From positions 608,001-672,000 of the forward strand of contig CAWDGJ010000002.1 in NCBI GenBank assembly GCA_963801815.1: 64,000 nucleotides of DNA, given 5' to 3'. A program made the position numbers and the translations under genes. The notes below the pieces were generated by a model, which was not told the origin of the DNA, ran no database searches, and worked only from the letters and a program-made list of their open reading frames with translations. Positions 9,781 to 18,300 of the stretch are shown piece by piece; the first letter of the stretch is position 1, and every line of letters starts with the position of its first letter. This DNA comes from an uncultured Verrucomicrobiae bacterium. GTDB lineage: Bacteria > Verrucomicrobiota > Verrucomicrobiia > Chthoniobacterales > UBA10450.

Positions 9781-10133
9781 GCGCGATCAGCTGTTGCGAT
9801 CTTAGCCCTCGTGTTGCCAGTCGTCTGCTGCGCGTCAGAGGAAGTTGAGCTCACTGGCCATGAAGCTGAGGCGATCTCTCTCGCCACGAAAGTTCTCGAA
9901 AAGTAAGCAAGGTTCCAGAGACCAGGAAGGTCATCCGGTTTACGGCGATTGAAGCACTACGCATGTGGACGTCGCGCGTCACGGCCGAAAGTTACGAAGT
10001 CATCTTCGTCCCGACGTGGTCGCCGGCAGAGCGGCCGCATCCTGGTGGCAGCACAGATTATGGCTGCTGGAAGTCCACTACATCATCGCTCTCGATCAGA
10101 TGAAGATTCTCGAAGTAACACTATGCGAGATAG
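9781..10133 (+). pseudogene. Cassette 1: small secreted hypothetical protein broken by several indels (real or sequencing error)
   Basis: Fragments in alternating frames: [37 protein letters not shown] / [14 protein letters not shown] / EVHYIIALDQMKILEV; lies between attI and attC1. Confidence 0.45.
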
Positions 10134-10146
10134 CTCGACCCAAGTC

Positions 10147-10243
10147 ATCTAACCAGCCGATGAAGCCAACGGCCCCGTTGCGAGAGAACTCGCGGCGTGC
10201 TTGCCACGACACCCTGCGTTGGCTTATCTCTGTCTCGTTAGAT
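10147..10243 (+). other. attC site 1
   Basis: ATCTAAC...GATGAAGCCAACG...CGTTGGCTTATC...GTTAGAT; complementary R and L boxes with an extra base. Confidence 0.92.
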
Positions 10244-10259
10244 GTGAATCGTGGCGCAC

Positions 10260-10845
10260 ATGGGCCCATTTGACTACGCCGTTGGCCTGATATCGATCCT
10301 CGTCGGTCTCGCTCTCGCGGACGTAGGCGGGAGCCTGCACAAGTTGCTGCGACAGGGACGGGCGGTGAGATGGGACGGGCGCGTTATCCTTTCTGTCACT
10401 CTGGTGATTTCTGTGATCACCGGAATGTGGTTCTCCGTTTGGGATCTTCGCACCGTCAACGCTGTCTTATGGTACCCGTTCTATCTCACGCTCTTTCTGG
10501 AGTTCATGGTGCTATTCCTCGTTTGCGCGGCGTGTCTCCCCGACGACGCTGTAGAGGATCGCGATCTCGGAGCCTTCTACGAAAAGAATAGAAGGTACCT
10601 GTGGTCGCTGTTCGCGTTGTTCGAGACTTCTGTCATTCTTCACTCGCTGTATTTTCGAAGCCATGTCGCCCACCCATCCACGGTGCGGACACAGCTCTCT
10701 GCTTGCCGCAGCAACAATTTGCGCGCCGCTCTTCGTTTACCTGCTGCTTGCCTTCGTCCGCTCTCGGCCGTTCCATTACGCGGCTCTGGTGACGTTGATA
10801 GTATATTATCTTTACGGCTATTGGAGCGCTACACTGCCGACATGA
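10260..10845 (+). CDS. Cassette 2: multi-pass membrane hypothetical protein (frameshift near 10680-10715)
   Basis: MGPFDYAVGLISILVGLAL...LPDD...DLGAFYEKNRRYLW; hydrophobic C-terminus continues in the frame ending at 10845. Confidence 0.7.
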
Positions 10846-10889
10846 CCGCTTGTCTGCTAAACACACGTTTGTTCCGCTGCGCAAGCAAC

Positions 10890-11013
10890 ATCTAACCAAC
10901 GCGATGCAGCTAACCACCGGCCGGTCCGAGTTCCCGCTCAACGCGACTTCCACATTCAACCTGCAGCCACGCTCGCTCTCGCCAGCGGTAGCTGATCTTG
11001 TGTCTCGTTAGAT
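10890..11013 (+). other. attC site 2
   Basis: ATCTAAC...GATGCAGCTAACC...GGTAGCTGATC...GTTAGAT. Confidence 0.9.
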
Positions 11014-11016
11014 GTA

Positions 11017-11262
11017 ATGCTCATTACGAAAGCGGCGGCGGGTTGGCTGCGGATCATCGGCGTCATTCTCATCTTCGTGGCTGTTCGCATTGCATTTCCC
11101 GCTTTGACTCTATCCAGCAAAAAACTGACTGCGGACTCTGGCGACACAACTCACGCGTGGATGAGTCCAGGGCAGACGCTCGCAGTAGCGGGATTTTGTC
11201 TCGTTGTCGCCATGACTTGCATTATCATCGGTTCCCTCTCCGATAATGAGTCCGATATTTGA
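11017..11262 (+). CDS. Cassette 3: 81-aa two-TM hypothetical protein
   Basis: ATG 3 nt after attC2; two hydrophobic helices; stop 10 nt before attC3. Confidence 0.7.
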   Translation: MLITKAAAGWLRIIGVILIFVAVRIAFPALTLSSKKLTADSGDTTHAWMSPGQTLAVAGFCLVVAMTCIIIGSLSDNESDI

Positions 11263-11272
11263 CCCGAAACAC

Positions 11273-11397
11273 ATCTAACCAATCGATGAAGCCAACGACG
11301 AGCCGCTCTGCGGCAAGGATGAATTAAAAATTATGAAGTATGAAATAAAAGCAAAGCTCGCTTTCACTCGCGGCAGCCCAGTTTGTTCTCGTTAGGC
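11273..11397 (+). other. attC site 3 (degenerate L' box)
   Basis: ATCTAAC...GATGAAGCCAACG...CTC GTTAGGC; 5' arm nearly identical to attC1. Confidence 0.8.
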
Positions 11398-11429
11398 GAT
11401 GAGATCGCCGGCTTGTTAATCGGTCGGGT

Positions 11430-11927
11430 GTGAGTGCTGAATCAACTCCCAAACGAAGCAAAACTAGCGCAGGTCTGCTGATGTTCCGGCGGAAAAACAA
11501 TTCGCTCGAATTTCTTCTCGCGCATCCGGGCGGACCGCTTTGGAAAAATAAAGATGACGGCATCTGGACGATTCCAAAAGGTGAACTCAACACGGAGGAC
11601 GAAAACTTATTGAGTCGCGCGCAGATTGAATTTGAAGAGGAGATTGGAATCAAACCCCCTTCAGCCAATTGGATTCCGCTTGGCTCAATCAAACAGAAAG
11701 GCGGCAAGACCGTTCACGCCTGGGCATTCGAAGGGGATTTGCCTGAGCGATTCGAGGTGAGGTCGAACACGTTTCAGCTCGAGTGGCCGCCGCGTTCCGG
11801 AAAATTTCAGGAATTTCCCGAAATCGACCGCGCTGAGTTTTTCCCGGAAGAAATCGCGCGCCGGAAAATCAAGCCGGCACAGGTGCCGTTTTTTGATCGC
11901 CTGCGGGACGCGCTAGCGTCAAAATAA
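11430..11927 (+). CDS. NUDIX domain protein
   Basis: SAGLLMFR, LAHPGGP, WTIPKGE...AQIEFEEEIG, WPPRSG, FPEIDRAEFF. Confidence 0.88.
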   Translation: MSAESTPKRSKTSAGLLMFRRKNNSLEFLLAHPGGPLWKNKDDGIWTIPKGELNTEDENLLSRAQIEFEEEIGIKPPSANWIPLGSIKQKGGKTVHAWAFEGDLPERFEVRSNTFQLEWPPRSGKFQEFPEIDRAEFFPEEIARRKIKPAQVPFFDRLRDALASK

Positions 11928-11928
11928 T

Positions 11929-14455
11929 CTAGTGCTGTTCGGGTGTTTCCGGCGCAAGCACGCAACGAAAACCGTAGATGACATCCCGTTCGTTGCGATC
12001 AACCACGTTGCGATAAGACGATTGCATCTCCAGCTTGTTCATCGTCGCCCATGAACCGCCGCGCAGGACTCCCCAATCGCGGCCCGTCGCACTGGTTCCA
12101 CCTTTGTAAGTATCGGCCACCCATTCCCAAACGTTGCCGCCAAGATCATACAGACCGAATGAGTTAGATTTAAAACTTCCGACCGCCGCGGTCGCGCCGT
12201 GTTTCTGCGAAATTCCGTAGTTCCCCGCGCCGTTCGGCGGCGGCCACTGTTTGCCCCACGGGAACTCATTTTTGATTTTGCCGTCGCGCGCCTGTGGTGT
12301 TCCGCCGGGTTCATTTTGCAATCCGACCGCCGAGCTCCACTCGCGATCAGTCGGCAATCGGTATGATTGTCGATCTTCGATCAGATTTTCGTCGTGCTCT
12401 TTATCGGTGAGCCATTTGCAAAACGCCACCGCGTCGAACCAGTTCACTTTCACGATCGGATGGGTCGGCGCCTGTTGAAAATCGGTCGGTTCGTATCGTC
12501 GACCGGTCGCCTGCAGAAAGGTCGCGTAGTCCTGGACACGCGTCTCCCAAATCGAGAACGCGAATCTCGCCGACGGGACAAATTTCATGCCAAGCGAATT
12601 CGTGAACGGCTGGCCCGGCGCAGGTCCGATGCTTTTTTCCAAACGGGCGGCCAGAAATGTCTGCTGTTGCGGATCGACTTTGCCGGTGACCGTGGTCGGA
12701 TTGTAGCCCGTCAAACGCAGTTCGTAAGTCACCTCGCCTGGCTTCACTTCTTCGATCACGAGGGGCGTTTGACCAAGCTCCCTGCCATTAGCCCGCACGA
12801 GCGCGCCGCCGGGCGCGCTGGTAATTTTCACGCTGCCATTTGCGAACACAAAATTCACGGAGTTCGCCTGTTGGGAGGCGAGGTTGATCTTCTGTTCCTC
12901 GTTGGGCCAGCCCGCGAGACGCGCGGTGATCAGATGTTCAGTCGCCGGCAATTCAAGTTGAAGCGGGGTCCGGCCACGCTGTGCCCCGTCCAAATTAATT
13001 TCGACGCCACTCGGCTCGCTTGTGATTTTGATTGGCGCCGTGACAAACGCGAACGACTTTCGAGCGGTTTCGCCGCGCTGCACTTCGATTTGATCGCGCA
13101 TTTCCCAACTGCCCCGATGCGCCACGACCGAATACTTTCCTGTCGGTAAATCGGCGATCGATTGTGGCGTCACGCCTTCTCGCGAAATCTGGCCATCCTC
13201 ACTTTTCAACGAGAATTGCGCTCCCGCCGGATCAGATTGGAGCTCGGAGCGGTGCCTTTACGTCCGCACGAGACGAAATTCCGGAGGCTGTGGCGAACGC
13301 AGCGCACCCAAATCAACCGTGGTTTCAATCGGATCGTAACCCGGACTCATTATCCGCAGCCGGTATTTGCGCTGGTCCAAGTCTTCGAACGTCGCCGGAC
13401 TTTTCTCTGCATGATCGCCCAAAATCACCAGCGCACCCGGCGGATCGGTTCGGATCGTCGTCTTCAAGTGCATCTCGGGGCCCGATGCGCCGCGCCAGAA
13501 GTAAAACCAGTAACCGAGCTGCGGCGATAGCGAGGATCGACATCGCTGCCATCGCAATCTTCCAGAACGATCTCGCGCGCGGGCGGCCTTCGCCGTTTTC
13601 GAGCGCCGTCAAATCGCGGTTCATTTCCCCCGCTGTTCGATAACGTTTCTTCGGATCGTGCGCGCACGCCTTGACCAAGACGTCGTTGAGTTGCATTAGC
13701 TGCTCACGGTCTGGGCGCGCACTTAACTGCGAATCGATTTCCGGAAAATCGAGTCGATCTTTTCCGGTGCTGACTTCGTAAAGAAGTTTGCCGAGACTGA
13801 AAATGTCGGCCTGCGCCGTCCCCGGCCCTTCCGGAGGCACGTAACCTTCCGTTCCGACAAACGATTGCTGACCGCTCGCCGCGACCAATCCGATGTCGGC
13901 AAGTTTCGGCACGCCATCGATGAAAATAATGTTCGACGGCTTGATGTCGCGATGCGCCAGACCGTGGACGTGCAGCGCTTCGAGGGCTTCGGTCAACGAA
14001 AGCCCGAGTTGGATCGATTCATCCGCAGACAGGCGTTTGTGCCGCGCAAGATCGCTTTTCAAAGTGCGCGGCTCGTAATTGACGACGTCGATCTTTCGGC
14101 CGGCCAAATGATCGTCCGCCAGCTCCATGCTGTAGTAGAGATGCTCGCTGGTGCGACCGACGTGAAGAATATCGACGAAACCGGCGTGCTCCCGCGAGAT
14201 CGGCTCGAAGGCGGACATACCTTCAAACTCGCGAAGGAACGCGCGCTCGCTTTCAAACGTGCTCCGGTAAACAATTTTGACCGCGCGCAGACCGCCCGTC
14301 ACCGTTCGCGCCATCCAAATTTCGCCATAAGCGCCGCGACCGATCACGCGCAAGAGTTCGTGATCGGGAACAATTGGAATCTGAGCGGAAACCTGGTCCG
14401 GAATGATGCCGATTTTACACGGCGGCAGCACCAGAGGCAATTCTGGGGAGCGCAC
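11929..14455 (-). CDS. Ser/Thr kinase + TM + PEGA + FGE-sulfatase (SUMF1) fusion protein; frameshifts near 13250-13520; start uncertain
   Basis: GRGAYG, AVK, HRDIKPSN, DIG, GTEGY in 13325-14455; PEGA-like ITSEPSG/ITSAPGGA; YRLPTDREW, NSFGLYDLGGNVWEW, RGGSW, GFRCV in 11929-13209. Confidence 0.85.
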
Positions 14456-14478
14456 GCGAGGCGCGTGCGCTCCCCAGA
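14442..14478. repeat. REP-like hairpin, family A (17-bp perfect stem, AGG loop)
   Basis: tctggggagcgcacgcg-agg-cgcgtgcgctccccaga; same termini at 21241-21364 and 52239-52290. Confidence 0.85.
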
Positions 14479-14492
14479 CGAAACGGCCGAAC

Positions 14493-15110
14493 TCACCGGC
14501 CCATTTTTTCCAGTGCGCGGATTTCCTTTTTCAGGACGGCGCCGACGCGATGGCGCGCGAGATAAACCTGACCAACGCTGACCCGAAGTTGCTCTGCGAC
14601 CTTCTGAGCGGGCCATTCCTTCCGCACGTAGCAATCGAAAATCTGAAATTGTTTCGGGTCGACTTTCTTTTTCACGCGCGCGATCGCGCCTTCGAACAAG
14701 TTCTCCTTCCACTCCGCGTCCCAGACCGCATCGAGATCAGCCACCCGCGAATCGGCAACGCGCTCGACGGTGGCAGTGAGGCGATCTTCCGCCGCGCGCG
14801 GCTTCTTGGCGTCTCCCGGTTGCCGTTTCCGGAATTGATCAACGATTCGCCACCGCGTGATTTGCAAGAGCCAGCCTTTGAACGAGCCGACGGCCGGATC
14901 GTATTTCAACTTCTCGATGTTCTTCGCCACTGTGATGATCGTTTCCTGGACGACTTCCTGGGCCTCGGCGTCGGTCAGGCCGGATTTGCGGGCGGCCGAG
15001 TAAATCAGTTTCCAGTAACCGTCGAAGAACTCCTGCCAATGTTTCCGGTCGTTCCAGTCGGCTAATCGTTCGATCAGGCTCCGACGCGTTGCCACTAATC
15101 CGGTTTTCAT
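14493..15110 (-). CDS. ECF-type RNA polymerase sigma factor
   Basis: TRRSLIERL, WQEFF..YWKLIY, AQEVVQET, GSFKGWL, C-terminal HTH VAEQLRVSVGQVYLARHR; upstream of the kinase. Confidence 0.9.
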   Translation of the reverse strand: MKTGLVATRRSLIERLADWNDRKHWQEFFDGYWKLIYSAARKSGLTDAEAQEVVQETIITVAKNIEKLKYDPAVGSFKGWLLQITRWRIVDQFRKRQPGDAKKPRAAEDRLTATVERVADSRVADLDAVWDAEWKENLFEGAIARVKKKVDPKQFQIFDCYVRKEWPAQKVAEQLRVSVGQVYLARHRVGAVLKKEIRALEKMGR

Positions 15111-15138
15111 GCTTTCCAATGCGTCATCGGAGTCGGTT

Positions 15139-15288
15139 TGAAATTAGCCCAGCCTTTCAAGGCTGGGACAGCATATCTATTCTCGTTACAGTCCTGCAAG
15201 GACGACAGAATGATCTCTTTCGTCCCGCCTGGACTCGTCTGCAAAAAACGCGCTTTAGCCCAGCGCTGAAGCGCTGGGCTATTCTCAT
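15139..15288. repeat. MITE/REP-like multi-hairpin element, family B
   Basis: Terminal hairpins cccagcc-tttcaa-ggctggg and tagcccagcgct-ga-agcgctgggcta; related inverted copy at 31342-31455. Confidence 0.8.
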
Positions 15289-15347
15289 TTTTAGAAGCAC
15301 ACATCTTTTGCTTTGAAAGATTTCTCGAAAACACCCGTAATTCCCTC

Positions 15348-18300
15348 ATGATAATCCCAGCCTCCCTTTCCAAGCTTTCCGAACTTGTTCTTCGCCCGGT
15401 ATTTTGGATCGGCCGGGGCCTCACGAGAGCCTGGTTCGCAATTTTCGGTCGCGTTTCGTGGAGCCCGCCGGATTGGTTCTCCCGAAGCCATTCAGCGTGG
15501 ACCCAGTTCAGTGACACCCGCCCGCGAACAACGGCGTCGGTGTTGATCGCGGTCCTCTTGGTTTGCTGCGGATCGATTTGGACCTGGCATTGGTACCAAG
15601 CTCGCCCTAAACCGCATCGCGTTTCCGCCACGGTCGCGGCAATTCCCGTCACCAAGTTGGACAAAGAACTGCAGTATCCGCCCCTGGTCGTTCGATTCAG
15701 TGATCCAGCCGCGCGATTGGAGGACCTGAAGAAACCTTCGGTCGAAGGGGTTCGACTCGAACCGCAGGTCGCAGGCGCGTGGTCATGGAGCTCAGACAAG
15801 GAGCTAATCTTTCGACCGACGGGGGATTGGCCGGCCGATAGAAAATTTCAAATCATCTTCGATAAGAGATTTTTTCCAACTCAGGTCCTGATGGAGCGCA
15901 TGACTTACGAGGCGCAAACACCTCCGTTTTCCATCGCGATCTCGCAATTGGAACTGTATCAGGACCCAAGTAATCCGAAGCAGCGCCAGGTTACGGCAAC
16001 TTTGGAGCTCACTCACGCAGTCGAACCCGGCGAACTAGATCGACACGTTCAGTTGTTAATGGTCGGCGGCTCGCCGGTGTTCTCGCCGTCGGACCAGCCA
16101 CCTCATTTCACGATCACTTACGGATTGCACCACCGACTGGCCTATTTGCGCAGCTCCAACGTGGCACTCCCGGAGAAAGAGGATTTCATGAAATTGACGG
16201 TGAGCGCCGGCGTGCGAACGACCCAGGGCGGCGCCCAAACTCACGACGGCGGCGAACAAAAAATCCAAATCCCGTCGGTCGCGACGGCCTTTCAGATCAA
16301 TTCGATTGAAGGCAACATTGCCCGGAACAAAAACGGCGAACCCGAGCAGGTCCTTATATTAAGTACGACCGCCGACATCAGCACGAAGGAACTCGCCAAA
16401 GCGGTCAAAATTTGGCTCCTGCCGAAGCGCGAGATAGAAAAATCCGACGACGAAGACACGGAAAGCGCTGATCAAAGCGACAGCGAAACAAGATCGAGCG
16501 ACTCGGAAGAATCTGACGACACCAGTGAGTCGAAAAAAGGCGAAGCAAAATGGGAAAGCGCAACCGACGTTCCCGACGAAATTCTCGAGCAAGCCAAGCC
16601 GGTCCAGTTCACGACGCTCCCATCGGAGAAGGCGCAAGATCGACAACATGCTTTTCGGGTCCGCGTTGAAACCGAGGGTGAGCTTTATGTGCGCGTCGCC
16701 AAAGGCGTCAAGGCATTCGGCGACTATCCGCTGGTCGAAGATTACAACGCCGTCGTGTCCGTCCCCGAGCTTCCACGCGAAGTGCAAATCGAAAGTCAGG
16801 GCGGCCTGCTGGCGCTCAGTGGCGAGCGAAAACTATCCATCAGGTCGCGCGGCCTGAATGCAATCGAGTACGAGATCGCGCGCGTCGCCACGACGCAGAT
16901 CAATCATCTCGTCAGCCAGACCGAAGGCAAATTCGAGGACCCGGAATTCAAAAATCCGAGCCTGTTTAACCAGGAAAACATTTCGCGAATCGCAATTCAG
17001 CATCAACCAATCGCGCTCGAGAACAAATGGAAGGCAAACTATTCCGCGTTCGATTTTGCCGAACAACTCAAGAAACCCGCTGACGGCGGCAGCGAGCGCG
17101 GCCTTTTCTTTTTGACCGCGCGCGGTTGGGACCCTGAAAAAAAGAAGCCGATTAGCGGAATCACTGACAACCGGTTCTTACTCATTACCGACATCGGCAT
17201 CCTGACAAAAAAAAGCGTCAATGGCGGCAGCGACGTCTTTTTAGTTTCGATTAAAACCGGCAAACCAATTGCCGACGCAACGGTTGAGATCCTGGGGAAG
17301 AACGGCATTCCGGTTCAAACCGCGAAAACGGCGCCAGACGGACATTGCGCGTTTGCGTCGGTGGAGAAATCGGAGCGCGAGAAAGCACCGGTCGCGTTCG
17401 TCGCCCGCAACGGTGACGATATCGCATTCATGCCCTTCGCGAGCGAGGACCGTGTCCTGAATTTTTCACGGTTCGATATTGAAGGCGCGGAGAACATCGG
17501 AGCGGAAGGTCTCGACGCCTTCGTTTTCACGGAGCGCGGCGTTTATCGACCGGGCGACGAGATTCACGCTGGAATGATCGTCAAACAGCGCAACTGGCAG
17601 GGAAATCTCAAAGGTCTCCCGGTTGAAACCGAAGTGGTCGACGCTCGAGACCTGAAAGTGCAGACCAAAAAAATCACCCTGCCCGACAGTGGGTTCGCTG
17701 AGCTGAACTATCTGACCGCGAACGAGTCCCCTACCGGCACCTACACGTTCAATGTTTACCTGATCAAAAACAACAGACGGGACACCCTGCTCGGATCGAC
17801 AACCGCGAGCGTAAAGGAGTTCCTGCCTGACCGGATGAAAATCGAAGCGCGGCTATCCCAAGCTGCGCCAAAAGGCTGGATCAGTCCGACTGACGTGCAT
17901 GCTGCGATCACGCTGGCCAATCTTTACGGCACACCGGCGAGCGACCGCCGCGTGACTGGCAAAGTGGAGCTCGAGCCCGCAGCGTTTTCGTTTTCCGAGT
18001 TCAAAGACTTCACGTTTTTCGATCCACTCATCGATGAAAAGAAATCGCGGAGCGAGCAAACAAGCGATCTCGGCGAACAGAAGACCGACAACGACGGGCA
18101 TGCTGACTTTGATCTGCAGCTCGAACGCTACGCCGATTCCACCTACGCGATGCGCTTCATCGCCGAAGGTTTTGAAGGTGAAGGCGGTCGCAGTGTCACA
18201 AGTTATGTCAGCGCGCTTGTGTCCGCATTGCCGTACGTGATCGGCTACAAAGCTGATGGCGATCTTCGTTACATCGACATGAACAAACCGCGAGCGGTCG

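Larger units (their letters stand above)
8685..11397. mobile_element. Integron: intI, attI and three gene cassettes
   Basis: Integrase divergent from an array of ORFs each followed by an attC site. Confidence 0.92.

Noticed and set aside
9663..9887. 75-aa N-terminal extension of IntI in the ORF track
   Set aside because: It runs through attI and cassette 1; integrase-like sequence begins near ATG 9662.
10147..11397. CRISPR array
   Set aside because: The repeats are attC sites separated by genes; no constant repeat-spacer array or cas genes were seen anywhere in the window.
11430..11927. NUDIX gene as a fourth integron cassette
   Set aside because: No RYYYAAC...GTTRRRY attC follows it; its stop abuts the convergent gene.
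11929..12200. C-terminal FGE-sulfatase (C-type lectin fold) as a diversity-generating retroelement target
   Set aside because: No reverse transcriptase and no template repeat with adenine-specific mismatches was seen in the window.
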